Shown one piece after another: positions 40,057-50,946 of a DNA stretch of 64,000 nucleotides. A program made the position numbers and the translations under genes. Positions within the stretch are counted from its first letter, which is position 1. Every line of letters begins with the position of its first letter. The DNA is from a bacterium. GTDB lineage: Bacteria; UBA8248. Below the pieces are notes generated by a model. That model ran no database searches, was not told where the DNA came from, and was given only the letters and a program-made list of their open reading frames with translations. The stretch covers positions 1,888,001 to 1,952,000 of the forward strand of contig CBDBZU010000004.1 in assembly GCA_965213625.1 (NCBI GenBank), given 5' to 3'.

Positions 40057-41312
40057 TGGAGCGGGAGATTCTCGTCCATATCGACCTGCATGGCTCGCCC
40101 GTCCTCGCCGGGCGATTGTGGACCCGCATCCTCCGGGGACGCGAAAGCGCTTCCTTCGAGTACGACGCCGCCTGGCTGGCGCACCCCGAGCGTTTCGCTC
40201 TGGAGCCGGCTCTGACACTTGCGCCCGGCCCATTCCACAAGCCGCCTGAAAGGGCGCTCTTCGGCGCCATCGGAGACTCTGCGCCCGATCGGTGGGGCCG
40301 TATGCTCATGCGGCGCGCGGCGCGCCGGCGCGTCGGACAAGAGGGCCTCTCGCCCCGGACCCTGTTCGAAGCGGATTTCCTGCTACGCGTGGATGATGAG
40401 GCGCGCCAGGGCGCGTTGCGCTTCGCTGAGGATGCTGGCGGGCCGTTCCTCGCCCCGGCCTCCGAACTGCGCATCCCGCCGCTCGTCCGGCTTCCCCGGC
40501 TTCTCTCCGCCGCCGAGAGGTTCACTGAAGATGAAGACGATGACGATGACCTGAAACAGTTGCTGGCACCGGGCTCCTCCCTCGGCGGGGCGAGACCGAA
40601 GGCATCCGTTCGCGACCACGATGGACACCTGGCCCTCGCCAAGTTTCCCCACAGAGGGGACGACGTCGACATCGTCCTCTGGGAGGCCGTTGTCCTGGCG
40701 CTAGCCGCCAGGGCGGGTATCCCCGTTCCCGATTGGCGAATCGAGACGATCAATGGAAAGGCGGTGCTCCTCACCCGCCGGTTCGACCGAGAAGCCGGGC
40801 GGCGCATCCCGTTCCTCTCGGCCATGAGCATGCTGGGCGCAAACGACCGCGAGACGCGCTCCTATCTGGAGATCGCCGATGCCCTCCGCCGCTACGGGGC
40901 GGCGGCGAAAGAGGACCTTGCGCAGCTTTGGCGGCGCATCGTGTTCAACGTGCTTGTTTCGAACACGGACGACCATCTGCGGAACCATGGATTCCTGTAC
41001 GCGGGTCAAGGCGGCTGGCGCCTTTCTCCTGCCTATGACCTGAATCCCGTTCCCATCGATCTGGGCCCGCGCCTGCTCTCTACGGCCATCGATCTCGACG
41101 ACCCGGCGGCCTCGATCGAAGCGGCTCTGGGCACGGCCGAATATTATGGCCTCCGGACGGTGGAGGCGTCGTCCGTTGCAGGGCAAGTGGCGCGTTCCGT
41201 ATCGGGTTGGCGCAAAGAGGCGACAGGCCTCGGGATTCGTGCCCGCGAGATCGAACGCATGTCCTCGGCTTTTGAGCACGCGGATCTGGGATTTGCCCTC
41301 AAACTCACATGA
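40056..41312 (+). CDS. hipA: HipA-family kinase toxin
   Basis: DSAPDRWG, GSSLGGARPKA, NTDDHLRNHGF, LSPAYD. Confidence 0.92.
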   Translation: MEREILVHIDLHGSPVLAGRLWTRILRGRESASFEYDAAWLAHPERFALEPALTLAPGPFHKPPERALFGAIGDSAPDRWGRMLMRRAARRRVGQEGLSPRTLFEADFLLRVDDEARQGALRFAEDAGGPFLAPASELRIPPLVRLPRLLSAAERFTEDEDDDDDLKQLLAPGSSLGGARPKASVRDHDGHLALAKFPHRGDDVDIVLWEAVVLALAARAGIPVPDWRIETINGKAVLLTRRFDREAGRRIPFLSAMSMLGANDRETRSYLEIADALRRYGAAAKEDLAQLWRRIVFNVLVSNTDDHLRNHGFLYAGQGGWRLSPAYDLNPVPIDLGPRLLSTAIDLDDPAASIEAALGTAEYYGLRTVEASSVAGQVARSVSGWRKEATGLGIRAREIERMSSAFEHADLGFALKLT

Positions 41313-41887
41313 CTCCATTATCTGTTCTCCGTCTTCATGGGCCACATGATGCAGGAGACACGTTCCATCTTGCCGGTCAAGTGAAGGCGAATGAAGGGAT
41401 TGGATGCACGTCCTGGGAGGGGAACCGGAACCACGAGGCGGGAAACCGCTTAAGGAGAAGCCCTCGGCCGATATGCGCCAAATGAAATTTCGGACTTCTG
41501 TAGTCGCTCTCTAGATGGGCTCAAAACACAATCCGGCATACGGCATTCATGTCGGCACGAGGATTCGACAGGAAGAAGTTCAGGAGCTTTCGTTGATCGA
41601 GAGGAGAGGCGTCCGGAGGACACCTGCCAGTGAAGCGGCGACATTCCCGGGGGCGCAGCGGCGTTCGCCGGTCGAGCGTGATTCGGTCGTATTGATTCCG
41701 CTCACTTGCGCTCTCTCCTTGTCGGTATAATCGGGAGCATCCCTTGCTCCTGCTTTGTTAGCACGTGAAGAGTTAGCGCCCACGACGATATTCGCTCGAT
41801 TTCCAATCGGAGCTCTGGAGACTTTGGATCCATCTTGCCGCATGGCCTATTGCAGGTTATATTACTCGCAATACAGGGAAGTCTATC

Positions 41888-42190
41888 ATGAGTAATATAT
41901 CCCAAAGACGTGCGACAAAAAAATATCGAAGCCGTTTGGCTGAACGCGGTATGGCCCGCTTCGAGGTCCTCGGTCGCGAAGCCGACCGGGATCTTATCCG
42001 CTCGCTGGCCAGGCGTTTAGCCGAGGACTGTCCGGAAGCCGATCGTCTGAGGACCGTCGTCAGCCAGAGCGTCGCCGGCAAACCGCCACGGAAAGGCGGA
42101 ATCCTCGAAGCGCTGCGCCGCTCGCCGCTCGTCGGCGCCGAAGCTATTGCATCCCGTCCATTCGAGTCCGGTCGCAAGGTTGATCTGTGA
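41888..42190 (+). CDS. Antitoxin paired with a PIN toxin
   Basis: Short basic ORF overlapping vapC (GTGA junction). Confidence 0.65.
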   Translation: MSNISQRRATKKYRSRLAERGMARFEVLGREADRDLIRSLARRLAEDCPEADRLRTVVSQSVAGKPPRKGGILEALRRSPLVGAEAIASRPFESGRKVDL

Positions 42191-42622
42191 GCCGGTATCT
42201 TCTTGACACCAATATCATCAGCAGTGTGACGAAACCAGTACCACCGGAGTCTCTGGCTGGCCTGGATGGCCGATCAGGATGATGAAAACCTCTTCATTTC
42301 CGCGCTCACCATCGCCGAGGTAAGACGCGGCGTGCTGGAGAAGCCTGCCGGTCGCAAACGTGATCAACTTGAAGCGTGGTTCGCTGGTCCCGAAGGTCCA
42401 TCAGCTCTTTTTGCCGGTCGTGTCCTCCCCTTCGACGAGAAGGCCGGTCTCGTCTGGGCAAGACTAATGGCGGAAGGCAAGGGGCAAGGCCGTTCCCGCA
42501 GCGCGATCGACACAATCATCGCGGCGACTGCGGAAGTTAATGAATGTATCGTCGTGACCGACAATGAAAGGGACTTCATCGGCGTCGAGACGTTCAACCC
42601 GCTTCGAAACGCGGCGCGATAA
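42187..42622 (+). pseudogene. vapC: VapC PIN toxin with frameshift near 42256
   Basis: GTG start gives SRYLLDTNIIS; the frame shifts at ctggctggcctgg; the rest has LTIAEVRRG, DTIIAATA, VTDNERDF. Confidence 0.75.
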
Positions 42623-42676
42623 ACCAGCGAGTGCTCAGCGTTCAGTTCGTTATGGCGAGTTATCAAGGAGAAGAAG

Positions 42677-43121
42677 ATGTCGGAAACCCGGATAGAGTGG
42701 ACGGATGCAACCTGTAATCTCGTGGCGATGATGCGCTGTCACACTTTGCTCAGAAGACATCGGGATGAAGCTGGTCATACGCTTTTTGCGGCAGTGGGAT
42801 TGATGTATGGCCTGTTCGCTTTCCCCGCAAATGCTCGTCGGCCTGATCGTCAAAACCGAGACCAACCCCTTCTTCGTGAAGATGAAAGAATCCGCTCTCG
42901 GAAGAACCCGCGCGCTCTGCGCGACCGCCATGTGTTTTCCCGTCAGGATGGCACGCTTAGGGGTCGAGGCGGTCTTCGAGTTTGTCATCACGGGCAGGAA
43001 GCCTGAGAACACGCCCGGCCTCGATTTCCACGACACGGGCGTTGTACTGGTCACCTATGAACCGGTTCAGGGCATTCCATCCATCTCAACAGAGCGTGCT
43101 TTGAAGGATTGCTGGGGATAA
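42677..43121 (+). pseudogene. Fused remnants: DUF5131-like N-terminus and sugar ABC binding-protein fragments
   Basis: MSETRIEWTDAT; LIVKTETNPFFVKMKE joined to GLDFHDTGVVLVT...ALKDCWG with the middle missing. Confidence 0.5.
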
Positions 43122-43216
43122 TCCTTCGGGGCAAGTAGAGTGCGCACTGCGGATGAAGCGTTGGTTTCTGGATGATCGCACAGACGCTGGCGCCATCCCC
43201 GTCCGGGCTTTCGAAC

Positions 43217-45661
43217 TCACGTGGCGGTTGCGACACCGGGCCGCTCGACCGTGTAGCCGAGGCTCTCGTAGCCCTTGACGCGCTTACCGCACATACGCCT
43301 GAGCGCCGGCACGGCGTCGTCGAGATAATCATAGACCAGCACTTCGCGCTTCTCCGGATGGAGCCTGTGCAGGCGGCCGACGTACTGGGCCAGCGTCCCC
43401 TTCCACGACACGGGCATAGCCAGAAACAGCGTGTCGAGACGGGCATCGTCGAATCCCTCTCCGATATAGCGGCCGGTCGCGACGAGTACCCGTTCCTCTC
43501 CGTCGGGAATATCTTCCAGGCGCTTCATGATCTCGCGGCGCCCTCTCGTCCCCATGCCACCTCTGAAAAGCAGGACGTTTCGCGCGAAGCGCCGGAGCCT
43601 CCAGGCAAGTTCGCCGGCGTGGTCCTTGCGCTCTGTGAGAACGAGGGGGGAGCGTCGCGCCTCAAGCGCCGCCAGCACGTCATCGATGATCAGTGCGTTG
43701 CGCTCTTCGTCACCTGCCAGCGCGGAATATACCTCCTGGATCGGCGGGCGTTCGGATTGAACGCCCGCTGGCAGCCGGAACTGCGTCGGACGCAGGATTG
43801 CCCGGTGCCGGAAAGGGTGGCGTCGCGCCTCCGCCTTCGCACTTGCCCGGTAGCGGATCGGACCGCACTGCATGAAGACGATCGGGTGATGCCCGTCCTT
43901 GCGCGTGAGGGTCGCCGAGAGCCCGAGCAAATACCTCGCCCTGGCGCGCCGTGCCACCGCTTCGAAGCTGACCGCCGAGAGGTGATGGCACTCGTCAATC
44001 ACGAGATGACCGTAGTCGGAGACGAGATCGTCCACTACGCTTTTGCGCTTCAGACTCTGGAGCATGGCGACGTCGACGATACCGCCAGGCTTGCGGACGC
44101 CGCCCCCGATTCGGCCGATGGCGGACGCGGGAAGATCGAGAAAAACCCCGAGCCGCGCGATCCATTGCTCCATCAGCTGACGCCGATGAACGAGGACGAG
44201 CGTGTTCACGCCGCGCGCGGCTATCATCGATGCCGCCACGACAGTCTTGCCGAACCCGGTCGCCGCCGAGAGCACGCCGGTCTCATGCGCGAGCAGGGAA
44301 TCAGCGGCTGATCTCTGCTCCCGGGTCAATTCGCCGAGAAATGCCGCATCGACGGGGTGGCCGGGACTTCGCTCATCACACAGTGCCAGACCGACCCCGA
44401 GTTCTTCGAGCAGTTGCCGGGTCGCCTCGAGACAGCCGCGCGGAAGCGCAACGTGGTGGGAGAGGAGCTCCGCACAGGCGATGACGCGCGGGGTGCCAAA
44501 AGTCGAACGCCGCATCGCCTGCGCCCGGTAGAACTCGGGGTTCTGGAACGCCGCCAAGCGAATGAGCCGGTTGACCAGGCCCGTGGGCAGACCGGCGCGC
44601 GGGATATAGAGCTGGTCCGCCAGGACGGCCTCGATCCGCTCCGGCAGCGTGCCTGCGATCGGAAGCGCGGGCCTTCGCCTCGAGGGCGATGCGCTCCAGG
44701 GCTCCTCGTCCTCCTCCTCGAGCGGCAGGCGCAGACCGACGACCCGGCCCCCCTCGCCGGCCGCCTCAACGATTGCCGTGGCTTCCACAGGCGTCAAGCG
44801 GCGGAGCGAGGAGAGGAACGCCCATTGGTCCTGATATGGCGTAAAATCCTCGCCCAGGAACACGCTGTTGCCGCGCTTTCTGGGACCGCCCTGTAAGGGC
44901 AGCGCAATGAGGTTCCCGAAACCGCCCTCGGGCAGGGTGTCCTGGCTGGGGAAAAGCCGGTCGTAGGACTCGAACCCGATCTCGGGATTGTTCTCCATCG
45001 CTTGGGTCAAGAGATATGAACCCAGCCGGCGGGCCAGTGGCGCGGGCACGGGTTCGGTGAAGAATATCCAGACGTGCCCGCCGTTTCCTGAACGCGAGCG
45101 CTCCAGCGCCGCCGGTACCCGCTTCGACCGGCAGGCGGCGAGGAACGCGCCCGCATCGCTCCGCCAAGTCGCCTTGTCGAAATCGATGGCCAGAAACTTG
45201 CATTTGCCATCCGTCAACATGGGGTAGACGCCGAGCGTCTCGCGGCCGCGCAGGTGAGAATCGATCGCCTCGTCCGTAACGAGGCGAAAGGCCTGGTTCG
45301 GACAGGCGCCGCACCTCACCTTTGGCTTCTCGCACAGGCGTGGCTTCCATTCGTTGTCGCATACCGGCGCGTAGCCGGCTTTTCGGGTGCGGGCGTTCTC
45401 CCAGCGTTTGGGGTAGACGTCGTCGCGACCGCGAAAGAGCGAGCGAAAAAACGCTATTTTCTCTGATGCCGGGGAGCGATCGTTCACGGCAGGCCCGCCT
45501 GGGCGAATGTCCCTCCCGGCTGTCGCCCCGGCATCGAACTCCGCCAGGCGCGCCTCGAGGGCCTCCCGTTCGGTCGCGAGAAGCGCGAGACGCTCGCGAA
45601 TCCGAGCAGCTTCTTCGACCTCGCCGGCTTCGGGAGTCAAAGGGGTCTCTGTATTATGCAT
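43217..45661 (-). CDS. AEP primase-like domain fused to SF2 helicase (TOTE-conflict-like)
   Basis: FRGRDDVY, GVYPML, IDFD, ERSRSGNGGHVW, GNLIALPLQ; ATGFGKT, DECHH, GEGFD, QYVGRLHR. Confidence 0.82.
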   Translation of the reverse strand: MHNTETPLTPEAGEVEEAARIRERLALLATEREALEARLAEFDAGATAGRDIRPGGPAVNDRSPASEKIAFFRSLFRGRDDVYPKRWENARTRKAGYAPVCDNEWKPRLCEKPKVRCGACPNQAFRLVTDEAIDSHLRGRETLGVYPMLTDGKCKFLAIDFDKATWRSDAGAFLAACRSKRVPAALERSRSGNGGHVWIFFTEPVPAPLARRLGSYLLTQAMENNPEIGFESYDRLFPSQDTLPEGGFGNLIALPLQGGPRKRGNSVFLGEDFTPYQDQWAFLSSLRRLTPVEATAIVEAAGEGGRVVGLRLPLEEEDEEPWSASPSRRRPALPIAGTLPERIEAVLADQLYIPRAGLPTGLVNRLIRLAAFQNPEFYRAQAMRRSTFGTPRVIACAELLSHHVALPRGCLEATRQLLEELGVGLALCDERSPGHPVDAAFLGELTREQRSAADSLLAHETGVLSAATGFGKTVVAASMIAARGVNTLVLVHRRQLMEQWIARLGVFLDLPASAIGRIGGGVRKPGGIVDVAMLQSLKRKSVVDDLVSDYGHLVIDECHHLSAVSFEAVARRARARYLLGLSATLTRKDGHHPIVFMQCGPIRYRASAKAEARRHPFRHRAILRPTQFRLPAGVQSERPPIQEVYSALAGDEERNALIIDDVLAALEARRSPLVLTERKDHAGELAWRLRRFARNVLLFRGGMGTRGRREIMKRLEDIPDGEERVLVATGRYIGEGFDDARLDTLFLAMPVSWKGTLAQYVGRLHRLHPEKREVLVYDYLDDAVPALRRMCGKRVKGYESLGYTVERPGVATAT

Positions 45662-46293
45662 TCAGCGTTCCCGCCATGGATTGTTCCTCAAGGAAACTCT
45701 ACCGGTCCCCAAGCCGATTCCAGACAATAAAACTGAAACTCGGATGGATGTCCACATACGCTTCACGGCGCATCCCTTATGCGATGAATCACCGGGCTCC
45801 TGAAAATCCCATCTCAGCAGGAATGCACCATATCTTACAATACAGCCAATATATCATTTCTGAAAACTCTTGGACGTGAGGGTGGCGAAGGCCGAGGTGG
45901 TTTGCACAGGCGCCCGGCTGATTCTTGTGGAAGGGAGTTGGAAGAACTGATGGAACATCACATGGACAAGAAGATGGTTCGGGAGCATATGCGCACGCGG
46001 GTTTCTTCCTCCTCCTCTGGGCGGGAGTAATCCCAGGCAGACCTCTCCCCAGATACGTATAACCACCGGACCCGAGGCCGTATCCATACATCCTGAAAAA
46101 AGCTACAATTCTACTCTCAGAAATCGGGCCGGGGAGTACGTGACGATCCCCCGACGCGGGCCCGATGGGGGACGTGCAGGAGTTGGAATCAAATAGCGGG
46201 AATCATTCCCCAGGGACCGAACGCCTGCATGAGCGCGGGGATGTGAACAGGGTGGGGCCCGAGATGTCGGAGCTTGTCGCGGTTGCGCGGGCC

Positions 46294-46449
46294 GACCTCG
46301 ATGATGCCCGCAAGCCCTCGGACCTCGCTCTGCCCGGCTAGCGGCTTCACCCGCTGAAAGGCGATCTCAAGGGGTACCGGGGCATCTCGGTTTCTGGAAA
46401 TTGGCGAGTCACGTTTCGCCTCGTGGAAGGTGACGCTTACGACGTCGAC
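46294..46449 (+). pseudogene. HigB/RelE toxin remnant
   Basis: DLALPG-stop-RLHPLKGDLKGYRGISVSGNWRVTF. Confidence 0.72.
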
Positions 46450-47123
46450 CCGGAATTCCGGAGTGAGGTAGTCCACGCCATCCGGCGGGGCGGGAACGCC
46501 CAGGTCCACCGGCCGGAAATCGAGTCCAACCGGATTCGGTGCGTGAGGCGCCGGCTCGCTGATAATCGCGGCGCCGCCACCCACGTCGCCGCCGCAACCG
46601 GCCGCCATAAGCAGGAAACACAACAGTATAAACAACCTCAATGATGTAACCCTGGCGATAGATGCGCGGCGCGTGACTTTCTGTGAAGGGTCAAATCCAA
46701 GAGATACCAGGAGTGCGGAATTACATCGTCTCTTTTCGAGCGAGGAAGGGACTAGGCATTTCAGCCTTCCGAGTCTCCTCCTCCGGGTCTTTCTTGCGGA
46801 TAAGTTTGCTCGACCGCCATGAAATTCATACTCCGATCGATCATCCATATCGATGTCCTTTGTTCGGTGCTGCTTTGATTATGCCGATAACCTGGTGTCG
46901 CATAACAGGCCAGATGCGATCCCTCTGGTGAAGTGAAGATTGGAACGCAGCCCCTTTGAGTTTATTGACCACCTTTATGGTTATATACCAAATAAGGGAC
47001 CAGAATCGCCAGATCGGAGCACTATGCTACGAGGAAATTTCCACGTTCCATTGTTGTTTTCAACCTCGCGCGTCATTGCCTCTTAAATTGATGCGGTTTC
47101 CGCGCGCAATGTATGCACCCAGG

Positions 47124-47396
47124 AGGTTCCGGGACTTGCCGGGCCTGCCTTTTCTCGGAAACCTCCACCAGGTCCGCTTTGAGAGGCTCCACCTGGTTAT
47201 CTAGGAATGGGCGCTACGTTACGGGCCCATTTACCGGATCGCCATGGGCCCGCGCCGGCAGGCGGTGGTTTCGGATCTCGGCGCCATCCGGCGTATGCTG
47301 GGCCCTCGGCTCCACGGTTTCAGACGCGCGAGCCCGCTCGGCCCCGTGGCCGAAGAGATGGACCTCCTCGGCATCTTCGCCGCTGAGGGAGAAGGC
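47124..47396 (+). pseudogene. Cytochrome P450 N-terminal remnant
   Basis: LPGLPFLGNLHQV...-stop-EWALRYGPIYRI...GIFAAEGE. Confidence 0.55.
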
Positions 47397-47439
47397 TAGC
47401 GCCGCCAGCGGCGCATCCTCTTTCTCGAATTGGAGTTCG

Positions 47440-47800
47440 AGAATCGACGCACCCCTCACCCAAAAAATCGCGTATCACCACCCCTGCCATCTGTTTCACG
47501 CGCTCAAGGTCCGCAGGGAGCCACTCGAGGTTCTCTCCGCGATCCGAAACGCCGAAATTGCACCCCTTGAGGAGAGCGACTGGTGCTGCGGCTCCGCGGG
47601 AAGCTACAACCTCACTAATACGGAGGTTTCCATGCGGCTTCTCGACAGAAAGATGGGTCACGTGAAAGACTCGGGTGCGCCCGTAGTCTGCGTGTAACCC
47701 CGGTTGCCAGATTCAGATCGCTTTTGGCGCACGTAAGCTCGACATGGACCTTCGGGTGGCGCATCCCGTCGTCCTGCTCGACGAGGCGTATGAGGCTGAA
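47440..47800 (+). pseudogene. GlcF-like (CCG domain) Fe-S protein C-terminal remnant
   Basis: AYHHPCHL, DWCCGSAGSYNL, frameshifted NPGCQIQI, HPVVLLDEAY. Confidence 0.7.
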
Positions 47801-48204
47801 GGCGTATACCGAGGCGCGACGCTTCCATGATCTGATAACCAGCGAGAAGCACAGCCCATGAGGCAACGGGGAGATTGCGATGTGTCTTGACTTCATCAAA
47901 TTCTTCCTCGATGAAGTCGAGATCATGGTCGACGCGCCTATCATGGCCACGTTAAACGAATACAGAGCGCTGTTAGCCGGCCACTCTGCGTACATCCTGC
48001 GGGTAGCCGACTGGCCCAAGCCCGGCTATCCGAGTCATCAGGGAGTGTGAATAGTTTCCCCGTCTGGGCGCATGCCTTGGGTTCAGAATTTCCATTGCGG
48101 ACTATTCCGGTCCGGCTCTGCATTTTGCGTTGTGTGCCGTGCGGGCGCAACCTAGGGTTTAAGAGGACGTGAGTACCGTAAAGCGCAGACCGAACTGGAA
48201 ACCG

Positions 48205-48957
48205 CTAGTAAATACTGAACGGGAAATACCGCTTGTTAATCTTCTCGTAAGTGCCGTCGGCGAGAATCGCTCGGAGCGCCATATTCAAATGGCGGCGCAG
48301 CGCCCTATCCTCCTTGCGTACCGCGATGCCGATGCCCTCATCGAGGCGATATCCTTTGCCCACGAAATCGAAGCGGGCGCCTTTCGGGCTCTGGAGCCAG
48401 TTCCAGAACCCGAGCCCGTCGCCGAATACCGCGTCCACCTTGTTCTCATAAAGCGCACGCAAGAGCGCTTCATGTTCCGTGAACAGCCTAACCGTGACAA
48501 CACTCGAGAAATTGTCTTCCAGCCAGTCCGAGGCAATCGTTGCGCGCGCCACGCCGATTGTCCGTCCCGCCGGAGCGGAAGGATCGAAGCCAGCGCCCTT
48601 GGGCGTCACGAACCGTACGACGTTGCTGTAGTATCTGTCGGTGAACGCGACAAGCTCCCGGCGCTTCTCGGTGATCGACATGCTGGACACGATGGCGTCG
48701 TACTTGCCGGCTTGTAAGCCGGGTATCAGATTCTCCCAGTCCTGTCGGACGAACTTGCACTCGGTTTTCAACTTAGCGCAGAGCGCCAGGGCGATATCGA
48801 TGTCGAAACCCTTGAGAGCGCCCCCATCGTCGATATAGCTGAAGGGCGGATAGCCAGCGTCGACGCCGATACGCAGATTACTTGGCGCAGCGTCGACGAA
48901 GAGAACCGGACAATGCAAAAGAAGAAAAAAGAAAAACGTCTTGGCAAATATTTTCAT
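48205..48957 (-). CDS. Polar amino-acid ABC substrate-binding protein (orphan)
   Basis: YPPFS, GFDIDIA, SMSITEKR, GIGIAVRK. Confidence 0.9.
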   Translation of the reverse strand: MKIFAKTFFFFLLLHCPVLFVDAAPSNLRIGVDAGYPPFSYIDDGGALKGFDIDIALALCAKLKTECKFVRQDWENLIPGLQAGKYDAIVSSMSITEKRRELVAFTDRYYSNVVRFVTPKGAGFDPSAPAGRTIGVARATIASDWLEDNFSSVVTVRLFTEHEALLRALYENKVDAVFGDGLGFWNWLQSPKGARFDFVGKGYRLDEGIGIAVRKEDRALRRHLNMALRAILADGTYEKINKRYFPFSIY

Positions 48958-49493
48958 GAATGTCCCTTATCCGATATCAATACAGTTTAACCCAATTCTC
49001 CCGCGAGTGGAAAGAAGCCGAAAAAGAACACCCAATCTGGAGATTGGATGTTCGCGAAAAAATAAATCAAGAGAGTAAAATACCTCACAGGTAGAATGAT
49101 GCTCACCCTGTATCACCAATACATCGGCGAACACCCCCCTGTTTCATCCCACTGGGTGACTCGGCTCCTCGACGACCATGAGCGTTTTAACGGAAACACC
49201 ACGGCCAACGGGTTGAAAAGAGTTTGGAACGGAAAACCTTGGTGTACTAGTGCAGCTTCTGCGTGGACTGGAAGCAGAACGTCAATAGGGTTGCGCGTTG
49301 CTCTGGCGGGCCTGTAAAAATGAAAGCGGTGCGTCCACCGAAAAACGTAGGTGCGGACGCAGGACTTGGGTCCAAAGAAAGGTGAGGGGTTTCGAGTCGC
49401 CTGTGGTCAACGCCGCGCATGGCCGTACGGCGGGCGTGTGTGCCTGGACGGCCGGGCATGGCGAGGGAAATCGGATATGGTCTGGTGGTATTA

Positions 49494-49919
49494 ATGGTCG
49501 ATGACGATCAACTGAGGGCGAAGCTCGCCAAGGTGGAGGCGCTGTTCCGGCGGGCCGGCAGCGAGGGAGAGCGAGCGGCGGCCGAAGCCGCGCTGGAGCG
49601 GCTGAGGGGCCGTCTGGGCGCATCGGATGAGGATCACGAGCCGGAAAACGAGTTTCAGTTCTCTCTGCCGGACATGTGGTCTGTCCGGTTGTTCGTGGCG
49701 GTCTGCCGCAAGCACGGCGTACGTCCCTACCGCTATGCGCGGCAGCGGCGGACGACCGTCATGGTACGCGCCCGCCAGGAGTTCTTCGAGCAAGTGGTGT
49801 GGCCGGAATTCAATCTCCTCCACGATGAGCTCGAGAGCTACTTCGAGGACGTCACCGATCAATTGATAGAGCGCGCCCTGGGTTCGGACGGCGACGACGG
49901 CTTCCCTGCTCCGCGCTAG
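49494..49919 (+). CDS. Hypothetical protein (DUF2786-like N-terminus), left-arm copy
   Basis: KLAKVEALFRRAGSEGERAAA; near-identical to 57966-58388. Confidence 0.65.
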   Translation: MVDDDQLRAKLAKVEALFRRAGSEGERAAAEAALERLRGRLGASDEDHEPENEFQFSLPDMWSVRLFVAVCRKHGVRPYRYARQRRTTVMVRARQEFFEQVVWPEFNLLHDELESYFEDVTDQLIERALGSDGDDGFPAPR

Positions 49920-50234
49920 CAGCCCGGCGGGACGAATTCGGGCGATTCCAGCGGCTTTCGGAATGGCCTCCCTGTGCCCATCAGGAGGTCGCCGAAAAGC
50001 TCGGTCGGACAGGGGCGGCATTGCCCAGTCCTGTTTGGCAACCTTTTTTTGGACACTGCAATGGCGACCGGCTTGCCGGATCAAACCATCAGCAGGAGTC
50101 TGGACGCCGCGCGATTTGGTTTTACATCGAGCCGCCTCACAACAAAAGGGTCACACACTGCCCGTTATCATGATGGGGTAAGTGTGCATTACCGCTTCCA
50201 TCCGCTGGCGGGTTGTCGCGTGACTTGCCTTGAG

Positions 50235-50340
50235 CTTCCGGCAGTTCCTCTTGCGCGGTCTCGACAAGGTGGAGGGTGAATGGGTTCTGGTGATGCTGGC
50301 CTACAACTGCAAACGCTTGCACAATCTGACGTTGGCGTGA
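50235..50340 (+). mobile_element. IS1182/IS5-like transposase C-terminal remnant
   Basis: FRQFLLRGLDKVEGEWVLVMLAYNCKRL-stop. Confidence 0.65.
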
Positions 50341-50831
50341 TCGGGCTGTAAACGCCTTCATACCGTGGTCTGTTGGCGGCCATAACGACCGTCATCGGGC
50401 CGGTGAGGGGCCAATCGTGACTCATGGCGCCCCGAATCGCCGGCTAAAGCGAATCGATGACCGTGAGCCCCGGGAATCGCTTCCACGTCGGCGCTTCACC
50501 CCTTCCAGCAGTAATTACCTGATATCAAATACATCGATTCAAAAGGTTCGGCTTCGAAACCATGGATCAAATGGTAGGATGATATGCTCCCTTGAAATAA
50601 GGGATGCGAAAACCCGCCAAGAGGTTTCTGGTGTTCTTGCGACAAGGCAGGCACGAACAAGAAAAGGCATACTCGGCACGGGAGAAAGGAAGCGAGAGCG
50701 GAAAACTCCTGCATCTACACCGCATAGCTTGACAGATGTCCACATAAGAAAGGGACCACCCTCCCTCTCTATCCCGGGTTGTTCCTGGAGAGGGGGGCAG
50801 TCCCTTTTTCTCTTGGTTCATAAGAAGAACA

Positions 50832-50931
50832 GGGGTTGCTCGTTGTTCCCGTTCCCGGCTCGAGGACTCAAACTCATAGCCAGGAGCGGTACAGTTTACC
50901 CATCACGAGAGAGCAACCAACGAGCAACCCC
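50832..50931 (-). ncRNA. Candidate structured RNA motif, downstream of lipoprotein 2
   Basis: Perfect 14-bp closing stem; conserved core. Confidence 0.6.
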
Positions 50932-50946
50932 CCTATTCGTTCTCCT

